Source of the DNA: Octopus sinensis
Taxonomy: Eukaryota
DNA length: 64,000 nucleotides
Assembly (NCBI RefSeq): GCF_006345805.1
Contig: NC_043010.1
Coordinates: 22,258,001-22,322,000, forward strand
Reading direction: 5' to 3'
Shown: positions 1 through 11,800 of the stretch, piece by piece
Numbering within the stretch: position 1 is the first letter of the stretch
How the letters are laid out: each line of letters begins with the position of its first letter
Notes under the pieces: generated by a model
What the model was told of the DNA's origin: nothing
The model's input: the letters and a program-made list of their open reading frames with translations, nothing else
Database searches by the model: none
Made by a program: the position numbers and the translations under genes

Positions 1-1088
1 AATCAGTGCCAGTCCATACTTATTCTTCCTGCTTCTTCTCCTCCTCTTTCCTAAGTCCTTAAGCCATCAAATCAACGACATTTTTGGTAAGCACTGTGTC
101 TTTGTTGCCGCGTATTTATGGAAGAAGACAACGGTGATTTACTTTTGTCTTATTTCAGGTAGCTTTTGCGTTTTTTGTAAAAAACAGAAAAAGTTGGGAA
201 AGAGAAGTGGGAAGAAATCACACAACTATTTGACTGTTACTTTATTTATCGATTCCGAAAGAAAGAGCAATAAATTTGATCACGACAGGATTTCAAACCA
301 ACGAGCAAAGGGCCGCATGTTATTCTATCCGACGTCCTACTTAAAATTTGGAGAGGCTTGTCTTTTGCGGTGTATTCAAGATCAGACTTTAATAGAAGGA
401 ACTAGCTTTTCTAATGGTGCAGCGATTGGTAAAAACACAACTTTGGTGGACGGAATGTATTGTGGTATGTAGTTCTGGGCATCACCGCTTTGAGTTCGAA
501 TTTGATTGGGTTATACTTTCAAAGCACTTAAGAAGTAATTAGTCGATAAATAATTTCGACAGTTAAAATACACTTCTTCAAAGTTTGCCGTTGTGAGAGG
601 TATAGATGCTAATATTTCGGATCGGATCTTGCTCTTCAATGGCAGGCCATGGAGGAAACCGGAAGCGTAACGGATCAAATGTTTTGAGGTTCTTTACTTA
701 AGCGCCTTTACATTATGTTTTCAAATCCCTCTCAGGTCGATTTAAGCTTCATCCTCTCAATGACCTTTTGCTATAAATATTGGTTAGAGACGATCTTAAT
801 CTGCTAAAATTCTCTTAAAAATCTTCGACATTGTCTACCTGTCTCACTCTTTCTCCCCTTTTCTCTCTCTCTTTTCCCTGTCTCTCTGTCTCCCTCTCTT
901 TCTCTCTCTCTCTCTTTCCTGCCTGTCTTTCACACACTCACTCACTCCACCGAGGCCAGCATTGTATTTAATTATTCCAGAGCCAATGAACTAAAGTACC
1001 AACACGTTTTTGGGAAGCGAGAATCGCCGATGTTTACCAACTAAACCCTCCCCTGAAGACTGATGGCCTAGTGACTATATTAGAAAAG

Positions 1089-1131
<43 letters not shown>

Positions 1132-1172
1132 ATTATTATTATTATTATCATTATTATTATTATTATTATTAT
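1089..1172. repeat. (TTA)n microsatellite, left flank of the R4/Dong insertion
   Basis: Direct reading. Confidence 0.97.
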
Positions 1173-1173
1173 T

Positions 1174-1716
1174 CAGTAGTTTTATTTTTATAGCGTGCTT
1201 TCACTTCACTACCGAGCGCAGCTCTGTGTGCCTTGGGTATGTGCTGTGATTTGTTGTGATGCTCTGAAGGTTATTGTATGGAAAGTGTTCTGCGTAGGAT
1301 GTGTGCAGTGCCTAGTAGTGCAATTTTCTGTATGTTATATGTGTTTGTAAGTCCTGGTGTTTTTTTGTTATGTATTTGTCTGAATATTTTTTTATCATGC
1401 CTAATGCACCTACTATGATAGGAATTGTTTCTGTTTTCAGATTCCACATTCTAGTTACCTCTATTTCCAGGTCTTTGTATTTTGAGAGTTTCTCCATTTC
1501 TTTTAGAGACACGTTGTCATCTGCCGGTATTGATACATCAATTAGAAAGCATTTTTTTCTTCATGATCTCTGACAACTATATCTGGTCTGCTGGCCTTAA
1601 TTTCTCTATCTGTGTGTATCGGCATATCCCAGAGTATGGTTGCTTTCTCGTTTTCTGTGACCTTCTCTGGTGTGTGCCTATACCATCTTTTTTCTGTTGT
1701 TATTCCATAATGTTGG

Positions 1717-1717
<1 letters not shown>
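1174..1717 (-). mobile_element. 5'-truncated R4/Dong-like non-LTR retrotransposon (C-terminal restriction-like endonuclease region + 3' UTR)
   Basis: Minus-strand translation with 1-2 frameshifts: HYGITTEKRWYRHTPEKVTENEKATILWDMPIHTDREIKASRPDIVVRDHEE..CFLIDVSIPADDNVSLKEMEKLSKYKDLEIEVTRMWNLKTETIPIIVGALG...LGTAHILRRTLSIQ* (stop 1271-1273). The RPD..D and K..KY motifs are RLE-type. The 3' UTR has AATAAA. Flanked on both sides by (TTA)n. Confidence 0.88.
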
Positions 1718-1788
<71 letters not shown>

Positions 1789-1800
1789 CATTATTATTTA
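1718..1800. repeat. (TTA)n microsatellite, right flank of the R4/Dong insertion
   Basis: Direct reading. Confidence 0.97.
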
Positions 1801-1802
1801 AG

Positions 1803-2012
1803 CCAGCGAGCTGGCAAAACCGTACGCACGCTAGACATAGTGCTTAGCGGTACTTCGACCGTCGCTACGTTCTATGTTCGAATACCACAGAGGTCGACTA
1901 TGCCTTTCATCCTGTCGATATCAATAAATTAAGTACCAGTGAAACAATGCGGTCGGTGTAATCGACTAGTCTCCTACCCTCAAAATTTCAGGCCTTGTGC
2001 CTTTAGTGGAAA
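1803..2012 (+). mobile_element. tRNA-derived SINE family 1, diverged copy
   Basis: Matches the recurring consensus gagctggcagaa..gttcaaattccgccgaggtcgactttgcctttcatcc..aagtaccagt..aatcgact..ttgtgcct seen elsewhere in the window; A/B-box-like motifs. Confidence 0.85.
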
Positions 2013-2027
2013 TTACTATTATTATCC

Positions 2028-2073
<46 letters not shown>

Positions 2074-2419
2074 CATCATCATCATTTGCTAACGTTGGCA
2101 CTCCATTATCCTATATTATACCAATGCATCAAGGTCTCGATTTATGAACAACAAGAAAGTATATAACAGTGTAAATATTGATGCTTCAATCATGAATATA
2201 AAGGAAGTAATAAAGAATCTTGCGCTGTATTGGCATGAGTGAGAGAGAAAGAGAGCGAGCGGGAGAAATAGTGAGATAGAGAAATAGAAAGCGAAAAAGT
2301 GTGAGAGAGAGAGAGAGAGAGAGAGTGAGCGTGAAGAGCGGGATGAACAGAGAATGAAATGTGAGGTGGGGCAAAACAAAGAAGAAATAGCAATGAAAAA
2401 GAAAAAACGATAAGGACGA

Positions 2420-2512
2420 AGACGAGAAGAAAGAGAAGAAGAAGAAGAAGAAGAAGAAGAAGAAGAAGAAGAAGAAGAGAAGAAGAGGAAGAAGAGGAAG
2501 AAGAAGAAGGCC
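2420..2512. repeat. (GAA)n-rich microsatellite
   Basis: Direct reading. Confidence 0.95.
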
Positions 2513-3197
2513 AAAGAAAAAAGATAAGAAGACGTAATTTAAAACTGATTACAGCTACAAAAGTGTGTTTCTATAGACATAATCAACTGTTGTATGATGC
2601 TTCATAGCAAAGAACAGAGAAATCTTGCATTGCAGTAGAAAATTATGACAGTGTATATGGGAGAGAAAGGAGAGAAGAAGAGAGAGTAGAATGAAGCGAC
2701 CAGGAGAGAAAAGACAAGAGAGGAAAGAAAAAAAGACAGAATGAAAGAAAGAAAAGAAAGAAAAAAGCGTCTAGAACGAAAGATTAAAGAGCAGATATAA
2801 ATCATTGCTTAGAGACATTTTCTATTCATACATGGAGCGAGATAATGCTTTTGACAATAAGAAGAGAAAATCGATCGGAATACTCAGGCAGATATTCCTT
2901 ACACTCGGCATATAGGTTTTTGGTCGAAAACACGTCTGATGTTTTGCACAATGGGTAATTTCCATTTAAGAGTGGCTCCTCGGATGGTATGAACGTATGA
3001 ACGTATGAACGTAGGATTGTATGAAAGGTCTATGTAGGCAAGACAAAATATACCACGGTTTTTGACATAGTGACATCGCATTCAGTAAAATTAAACTAAT
3101 CTTCTTTAATGCATGTGTGCAGGTGTGGGTGTGCGCATACACATACACACGCATGTACATATAGATATATGCATATATATATATATGTATCTATCTA

Positions 3198-3301
<104 letters not shown>

Positions 3302-3358
3302 CATACATACATACATACATACATACATACAAACATATATGCAAATGTATATGTATGA

Positions 3359-3390
<32 letters not shown>

Positions 3391-3656
3391 ACACACGCAC
3401 AAGAATATATGTACATATGCATCATTTTGTGAATCACTAAAACCAATCCCATGACCTGAAGAAAACACACATGAATATACACATCTGCTTACAAAGTACT
3501 ATATACATGAATCATTCCTAAACAATAACATAATACCAAATTTAGTCAATAAAAATTTCTCCAAATCAATCCACCCCACAAACCAACTATCACTCCACCC
3601 AAGGAAAATTTTAACTTAACAGAAACTATATAAAACCATGATTAACTTCAATGCAT

Positions 3657-3702
3657 CGCTATCCGACGATTTCTTAAATAGGCGAAACATCGAAGTCACT
3701 GG
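3657..3702 (+). ncRNA. Degenerate hammerhead ribozyme, family G (stem III ACTTCGAAGT type)
   Basis: CCGACGA-14nt-GAAA-CATCGAAG-TC-ACTGG; the flanks are homologous to the copies at 15527 and 16860. Confidence 0.5.
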
Positions 3703-4055
3703 CAATAATATTCTTGTTTACGGATAATATATACAGTTTTAGTTTGGGATACTTTTACTGGTTTCTGTATATACTTAGACCCAGGTTGATATTAAACAGA
3801 GTTGACATCAAAAAACCGTAGCATTAGTTTTTACAAATCTTAATCGTATATCATAGTAGCATGCACCGTGATGGTGGCAGTGCCAATTTCACACAGGTCA
3901 CATGACCCAGCAATCTGTCGAGATAAAATATCTTTTCATATTTCGAGCGATATGTCTATGGTCGAGACACTTATATGGTTGGCTATCATATATAGAATTT
4001 ATCGAAATGGCCATGTTCCATTGATAGGGGTTATCCATGTAAAGAGTAAACAAAA

Positions 4056-4479
4056 GGAGTGGCTGTGTGGTATGTAGATTGCTTACCAGCTACATGGTTC
4101 CGGGTTCAGTCCCACTGCGTGGCACCTTGGCAAGTGTCTTCTACTATAGTCTCGGGCCGACCAAAGCCTTGTGAGTGGATTTGGTAGACGGAAACTGAAA
4201 GCCCGTTGTATATTTGTGTGTGTGTCTGTGTGTGTGAGTGTGTGTGTATGTTTGTGTGTATGTGTGTATGTTTGTGTCCGTGTGTGACCCCAACATCATT
4301 TGACAACCGATGCTAGTGTGTTTACGTCCCCATGACTTAGCGGTTCGGCAAAAGAGAGCGATAGAGTAAGTACTAGGCTTACAAAGAATAAGTCCTGGGA
4401 TCGATTTGCTCGACTAAAGGCAATGCTGCAGCATGGCCGCAGTCAAAATGGCTGAAACAAGTAAAAGAGTAAAAGAGTA
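4056..4479 (+). mobile_element. tRNA-derived SINE family 2, full length, with internal (TA)/(TG) microsatellite and (aaagagt)n tail
   Basis: Head ggagtggctgtgtggt..ggttcagtccca, body gtggcaccttgg(g)caagtgtcttctactatag..; collinear with the copies at 49965 and 62681. Confidence 0.92.
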
Positions 4480-4496
4480 TATCTAGATATTCTAAT

Positions 4497-4595
4497 AGGC
4501 GGTGAGCTGGTAGAAACGTTAGCACGCCAGGCGAAACGCTTAGCAGTATTTTGTCTGTCTTTCTGAGTTCAATTCCACGGAGGTCGACTTTATAG
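4497..4595 (+). mobile_element. SINE family 1, 5' fragment
   Basis: ggcggtgagctggtagaaacgttagcacgcc..gaggtcgacttt. Confidence 0.85.
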
Positions 4596-4687
4596 AAGTG
4601 ATGAATATAGAGGGGATGTGTGGAAACAAAGTAAAAGCTACTGATAGGAATTGTTATTCTAAAACATTGCTTAAGCTACCACTCGGC

Positions 4688-4719
<32 letters not shown>

Positions 4720-4724
<5 letters not shown>

Positions 4725-4860
4725 TATTAGAGACAAAACCACTATTTTGCAAAACAAACAAGGAAAGACTTAATCAATACATAAAATTTTAATAAATAGT
4801 CAAAAAAACCGCCACTACAATTGTTTCTTGTCTTGATCGACAATCTTCAGGTGGACTTCC
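4720..4860 (-). mobile_element. PLE-associated non-coding element, family A/B (3' end abuts (TA)n)
   Basis: The terminal segment attagagacaaaaccactatt..caatacata recurs at 29851, 31875 (inverted) and 62445; carries an HHR. Confidence 0.7.
4812..4854 (-). ncRNA. Intact minimal type-I hammerhead ribozyme
   Basis: Minus strand CCAC CTGAAGA TTGTC gatcaa GACAA GAAA CAATTG TA GTGG: 4-bp stem I, canonical core, 5-bp stem II, palindromic stem III (ACAATTGT); predicted cleavage between 4816 and 4815. Confidence 0.88.
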
Positions 4861-5279
4861 AATCTAAAATATCAATATTTTAAAATATAAAAATAATAAT
4901 TTTAAAATAATTAAAGTATGAATGAAAAAATATAAATATATAATCCATATATAACCTATATATAATCCATATATAATCAATATAAAACAATATATAAACT
5001 AAAATAAACCTATCAACAATCAAATATAAAATATAAAATATAAAACAAAACAAAAAAATAATAATAATATAATAATAATAAACTATATATATACCCATAC
5101 ACATATACCTAATTATATATAACCATATCTAACTACATACACTAAATCACACCCCTATATATATATCCCTATACATACACATAAAAACGTCTAGGCAACT
5201 ATAAATAAATAAAATAGCTAAATACTTCAACACAATACTTATTCATACTCCCACACACACCACATACAACCCACATTCA

Positions 5280-6366
5280 CGCTCTAGAAAACGGACATCA
5301 CTTAAAATTATGAACGGAGAAATAGAATAAATGGAATTAAAAATTATATTCACTTGGTAAAACTAACACTACTTAAAAATTATGAATGAAACAATGCAAT
5401 AAAACAACAGACATCGCAAATAGACACAAATTACTACGAATTCCTTAACAAACCTACCATGATAAACCAAAACTCATAAAAAACATATAATGATAAAATC
5501 TCCCTTTACTAAACTCTATAACATACCTATATAGCAATCCCCCTAACCTAAACATTCACACACAAATACACACACGTAAACCACACACCCACGACATATA
5601 CAAATACCCACACCACTTACACATACCTATACATACATATAAACCTCAACATATACTCCAAAAACCCACTCAACCCCACACAGACAAATAAACACAAAAA
5701 TTATGAATAGATTCTTTTATAAAACTACCATGATAAGCTAAAACTCACAAAACATAAATGATAAAACCTCCCTTTACTAAACACTATAACATACTTATAT
5801 AGCAATCCCTTTAACCTATACATTCACACACAAATACACACACGTAAACCACACACCCATAACAATATACAAACACCCACCCCACTCACCACACACCACA
5901 AGTACATATAAGCCTCAACATATACACCAAACAAAATTACTTTACCAAGGAACTTAACATATGTATAAACAGTATAACCGCTCTGGAAACGAACATCTTT
6001 TAAAATAATGAATGGAGAAATGGAATAAATGGAATTAAAAATAATATTCACGTGGCAAAACGAACACCACTCAAAAATTATGATGAAACAATGTAATAAA
6101 ACAACCAACAACGAAAATAGACAATTACCACGAATTCCCTAAAAAAACCATGATAAACCAAAACTCTTAAAAACATATAACGATAAAATCTCCCTTTGCT
6201 AAACTCTATAACAAACCTATATAGCAATCCCCCTAACCTAAACATTCACACACAAAAAACACACACGTAAACCACAGACCCACGACTTATACACATATCT
6301 ATACTAACTTATAAACCTCAATATATACCAAAAACCCACTCCCTCCCCACACAGACAAATTAACAC
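5280..6366. repeat. Diverged tandem repeat, unit about 400 bp (5280-5697, partial 5700-5930, 5978-6366), A/C-rich and G-poor on the + strand
   Basis: Shared blocks such as cgctct(a/g)gaaa..gaataaatggaattaaaaa..ccatgataaaccaaaactc..gcaatccccctaacctaaacattcacacac. Confidence 0.85.
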
Positions 6367-6829
6367 ATACATCCCAAAACCTAAATAACAAACCCATATA
6401 CACATTCACACACAAACACACACACACGCAAAACACACACACACAACAGATACTTATATATATATATATATATATATATGTTTGTGTGGGTGTGCGTGGA
6501 TGTGTATGTGAGTGTGGATGTATGTCTTTCTCTCTTTTTGTATCCATGTCCTAAGGATAATAGAATCTCCGTTAGCAGTGTGCGGCGGATGGCTTTTCAT
6601 GTCAAGGCCAAAAGCGTACATTGTCCGTGTAAAATATAATTGGCCAATTATCGATGATTTCGTTGGAAAGAATTGTAAAAGAATTGTAGTGCCGCTGCTT
6701 GTTGAGATGAATTCGCTCTTGGTGCGAATGTCTCTTTCTATATAGAGAGACAAACAGACAGAAAGGAACAGAGGGAGACGAGAGTTTGACTGATTGGGGA
6801 AGATCTTAAATACATGCGTCCATACATAT

Positions 6830-6908
<79 letters not shown>

Positions 6909-6909
<1 letters not shown>

Positions 6910-7896
6910 TGGGTTCGCAACTAAGTTACCGCCGTTTTCTTAAAGTTTGTAATCTATTGTTTCGAGAATTCTATCTTTGAAGCATTTAGGAATATATTTT
7001 TTTTTTTTTTTCTAGTTAATTTTATTTTTGTTTATTTTCAGTTCATTAAAATGAAATGTCAAGTTAAGAAAAACGAGCATTTTCGACACCTCCTTCTTTT
7101 TGCTTTTAATTAAGGCTCTAAGGCCGCAAAAGCTGCTCGCGGCATTTGTGCTGTGTATGGAGAGGTTACCATAGCTGAAATAAACGCTCGTGATTGGTAT
7201 GCCAAGTTCAAAAATGGAAATTTTGACCTCAAAGACGCACCTCGTTCAGGCCGTCCAGTTGAGTTCGATGAAGAGCGATTAAACCAACTTTTGCACGTAA
7301 ATTCTCGTCAAACGACAAGGGAACTGGCAGAGAAAATGGAATGCTCCCACACTGCTATAGAGAACTATCGTCACTCGATGGGAAAGGTTCAGAAGTATGG
7401 AGCATGGTTTCCGCATGATTTAACTTACAACAAAAATCAACTAGCCACAATCTCCACTGGTTTGCATGCACGTCATTGCTCAACTCATGGACACAAGCAA
7501 CGACACAGCATGGAGTTCTTCTGCTGAATGACAACGCCCGCCCTAATATTGCCAATATGACCAAGAAAGCCATTCAAACGCATGGCTAGGGAGTGCTGCC
7601 ACACCCGCCGTACTCTCCTGATTTGGTACCAACGGATTTCCACCTCTTTCAATCTCTTTCAAATGCTACGCGCGGAGTTTAGTTCACTACTGATGCAGAA
7701 TTGAGAGCTTGGTTGGATCAATTTTCTGAGTCGAAATCTCTACCGAATTTCTACCGAGGTACTGAAAATCTTGTTGAACGTTGGGAAGAAGTTGTAAAAA
7801 CGAGGGTAAATACGTTATTGATTAATTAGTTTGTATTTTTTATTAAATCTTTTAAAAATTTAAATTTAAAAATCGGCGGGAACGTTGCCAACCCAA
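6909..7896 (+). mobile_element. Mariner transposon (mellifera-like), internally deleted and non-autonomous
   Basis: TIRs ttgggttcgcaactaagttaccgccg / cggcgggaacgttgccaacccaa; TA on both sides. Decayed ORF 7051-7825: MKCQVKKNEHFRHLLLFAFN*..RSGRPVEFD..GAWFPHDL..[deletion removes the first-D DEKW region]..LNDNARP..HPPYSPDL.. Confidence 0.95.
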
Positions 7897-7899
7897 TAT

Positions 7900-7952
<53 letters not shown>

Positions 7953-7980
7953 GTATGTATATATATATATAATATATATA

Positions 7981-8160
7981 GGGGGAGAATTCACGAAGAA
8001 AACAAAAGACGAAGACAGGTGGTGTAGAAAACAAACAGATGTATTAGTTTAACACTTTAGTCTTTAACGTTTCGAGCCTACGCTCTTGCACAGAAAGGAA
8101 CACAGGAAGAAACAAGGAGAGAAAAGAAATGTGTGTAGTGGCTACTGATTTATCATGCCG
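7981..8160 (-). mobile_element. PLE-associated short element, family F, with degenerate HHR-like motif at 8062-8097
   Basis: CTTT CTGTGCA A GAGC gtag GCTC GAAA CG TT AAAG; homologous to 29640, 34185 and 43880; flanked by (TA)n. Confidence 0.6.
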
Positions 8161-8164
8161 ACTG

Positions 8165-8196
<32 letters not shown>

Positions 8197-8265
8197 TTAA
8201 GTATTTAAAATAGTTTGATTCGGTTCTAAGCTACTTAAAGTGTCGCAGGCTTCTTTTTCAGGCTG

Positions 8266-8357
<92 letters not shown>
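8266..8357. repeat. (GATA)n microsatellite
   Basis: Direct reading. Confidence 0.97.
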
Positions 8358-8373
8358 TTATAAATATACTTAC

Positions 8374-8555
8374 ATGTACGTATATTTCTACATATATATC
8401 GGTCTTGTCAACTGCATCCCTTAATTTCAATCTTTCAACCAGGAGGTAGACTTTATTCCTGTTTACGCGGATATTCTCGCCTGGTCCAAGTTTTCTCAGC
8501 AAACCCCGTATAACATGTGTGTTATCGTACTCTGTAGCTAGAATAACAGTCACTT
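8374..8555 (-). CDS. Candidate internal coding exon of an unidentified host gene (xVTVILATEYDNTHVIRGLLRKLGPGENIRVNRNKVYLLVERLKLRDAVDKTDIYVEIYVH)
   Basis: Acceptor ctgac..attttcgtttcag|AA and donor CAT|gtaagt; 182 bp with exactly one open frame; non-repetitive, protein-like composition; no partner exon confidently found. Confidence 0.45.
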
Positions 8556-8711
8556 CTGAAACGAAAATGCTGAAATTGTCAGCTGAGTGGAGTGTAAATG
8601 ATGAAAAGCTATGCTTCAGTAAACCGTCATCTTAGAAAAAGCAGTATTATGACACGATGACACGTTTACAGTTGTTTGTTGTAACGATTGTGGCGAAGGA
8701 AATTGCTACAA

Positions 8712-8713
<2 letters not shown>

Positions 8714-8775
<62 letters not shown>
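8714..8775. repeat. (GTA)n microsatellite
   Basis: Direct reading. Confidence 0.97.
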
Positions 8776-8776
<1 letters not shown>

Positions 8777-8853
8777 TACTAGTAATAGTAGTATTTTCAT
8801 GTTATGTGATATTTAAGTATATATATATATGTGTGTATAATATATATATATAT

Positions 8854-8887
<34 letters not shown>

Positions 8888-11800
8888 ATATATATGTTGG
8901 TATATTTCTATGTATGTATATGTATATTTCTCTCTCCCCCTATGTCTGTCACTCTCTCTATCCATCTATCTATCTTCATATGTATGTATGTATCTATCTT
9001 CTCTTATATTTATAATTTATATATATATATATATATAGATATATACATATATGAATGTATATATATATATATATATACTACGTATATATGTATATATATA
9101 TATATGTGTGTTTATGCATGTATGCATGTATATCTATATGTATACATATACATATGTATACAGAGAGAAAGAGAGGGGATAGAAAACGATGCCTGTATGT
9201 GTGGTTATGTGTATGTATATTTATGTACGTATGTGTGTATAGACGTATAGACTAGCTCAGTTTCTGTATGCACATCAATGTATAGACCAAAGCATACTAT
9301 CAAAATATTCACACACATATATACACAAACATATGTGTACACCTATATGTGTATATGTATATATGTATATACGTATGTATGTATATATGATGTTTACGAA
9401 GACGATATTCTACGATATAGTTCTGTTTTTGGCTTTTTTATCATTAGTTTGTATATAAACATGCCTCCCGCCATTCTACAACAAACATTTGTTTTTCCTC
9501 GCTGTACCTGTATGTTTTCGAATTTGTGGTACCTTTATGACAAATAAAAGAAACCATTATTCTATTATTGAAGAATCTGTGTGATTCTTTCTCACTCCAT
9601 TGTCAGAAATAGGTTTTGGAGAGAATAGAAAGAAAAAAAGATAAGATATCAGTCAAATTTCATTACTGCTGCTACCATTTCTTTCCATTCTTTTCAATTT
9701 CTTTCTGTTCCATAACTTCTTGGTTGAGACATTATAGAACCAGTTCTTTACTGCGTGTTGTCACCTGAAATCTTGAAACTAATAAAAACAAAATATGGGG
9801 AAAATTAGAAAAAAATCGAAAGAAAAACCCCATAAAAATGGAGTTAATTATAGCTGACAAAGAATTTGATCATTTCTTTCTTCTCTTTTACTTTCTTTCC
9901 ATTTTTATTCCGTGGAAGAATCTAAAAAAAAAAAAGAAAATAAGGAGGGGGATATGATTGAAAAGAATTTTTTTCTTCTTTGTCTTGTCTGTTTCTGAAG
10001 AACAACAACAGACATATAAAGTTTACTATTTCAATTTAGAATTTGGATGAAAAATATAATGACAGTATAGAATATCTGCAGAAACAGAAATCTGATATAA
10101 AACACGAGAGACGGAGAATGGAGGAGAAAAGGAAAAAGAAGAAGAAAAAAAGATGGTAGCGGTTTTGTTGTTGATGTTTATTTTTGCTTCTGAAAATAAA
10201 ATATATCCTCCATTTTTTTTCTGTGATGTTGTGACTGTAACATAAAGAGAAGTGTATAAAGGTACATATATAGATAAATAGACACACACACACGCGAACA
10301 CACACACAAACACATGTGTTTGTGAATGTGTGCGTGTGTGTATATATAATATATATATATACAGAGAGAGATGACATACACACACACTTATGTATATATA
10401 CATATATATATAAACGGTTAGTGCAAGGGGAAGTTATATATATTATATATGTGTGTGTGTGTGTGTGTGTGTATACATACATATATATATATACATACAT
10501 ACACACACACATATATACACACATATGTATACATATAAATATATAGATAAATAGACATATATATATATACACACACATACATAGAAGTATATCAACATAT
10601 AAATATGTATACACACACACACACACATATATATATTATATATATTGTGTGTGTGTGTATGTGTGTGTGTGTGTATACCTACTTACATACACGTGTGCTT
10701 GTGTGTGTGTGGGACTTACGAAGGAGAAAGGTATACCATGAAAACTTGTAAAATATGCAGGTGTTGAGGTTGGGTGTGATAATTTAAAGCGTAAATAGAA
10801 CATTGGTTGGGTGAATGTTGTATGTTGGTGTGAAATAAGTGATAGAAAGGGATTGGGTGGGGGTAGTTGAAAAAGAGGGTGGAAAAAACTGGGATTGGGG
10901 TAGAGAGAAATGAGTTGAAGAAGGGGGTGGATAAAAATCTAGGAGACTGATACAGAAATAAGGAAATAAGCTAAGGGGAGGGGGTTAAAAGAAAGATGGT
11001 GATATGTAAGGTAAAATATGGAAAGAAATAGAAGGAGAGTAAATGAATGAAAGAGAAAACGAATTGAAGAGAGAAAGAAAGGAAGGAAGATAGGAAGAAA
11101 GGAAGTAAGGTGGAGAATGTGGGGTAGCGTTAAGGGTTATGGGTCGGAAGAGAAGAAAAAACATTTGCATAGAAATGAAACGTGTGAGCAAACGGAAAGA
11201 AATATTCAAAATATTGTACACGTGAACAAAAATCATCAACAAACAACATTGTCAACATCTGAGACGGATGTTTGACAACGAATGACAGCCACTAATCACC
11301 AGGCGCATGCAATGTCGAGTTTTTATGTTGCCTGTGTGTGTGTGTTTTTTTTTTCTTTTGCTTTTCATTTGCGAGTGGCAGACGGTGTGACAAGATTGTA
11401 GTTAGTTTTGTGACGTAGTTGACAAAATCTCGCGACATTTTCTTTTTTTTTATCTTCCTTTTTATTTGCCACCAGACGTCGCTGTAACAATTACAGACGG
11501 CAAAAATAACTCGCTGTCGTGTGTACTTGCATTGTTGTTTCCCTCTGGTGTTGATAGTTCTGGATAAAAAAGTTAAGAAATAAAAGCAACCTCGACGTAC
11601 TAAGAAGATTTGTTACACTCTTGTTTTTTTTGTTACATATATATTTTTTTATGTTTGCTGTTGTTGCTTTTTATATGACGAGGTGTTAGAATCTTAGCAA
11701 CAGCAGAGATTAACTGTCAACAGTAATAGTGAACAAACTGTAATAAAATAGTTATTAAACCTGGTAACATTTCATTGTGGTATGTCATATATACACGCAG

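Noticed and set aside
3400-3455. Strong minus-strand acceptor (ttttcttcag) as a possible next exon after 8374
   Set aside because: No convincing donor, and the open frames run into microsatellite.
9505-9529. Possible 25-bp micro-exon upstream of the 8555 acceptor
   Set aside because: The phase fits, but such a short match is expected by chance.
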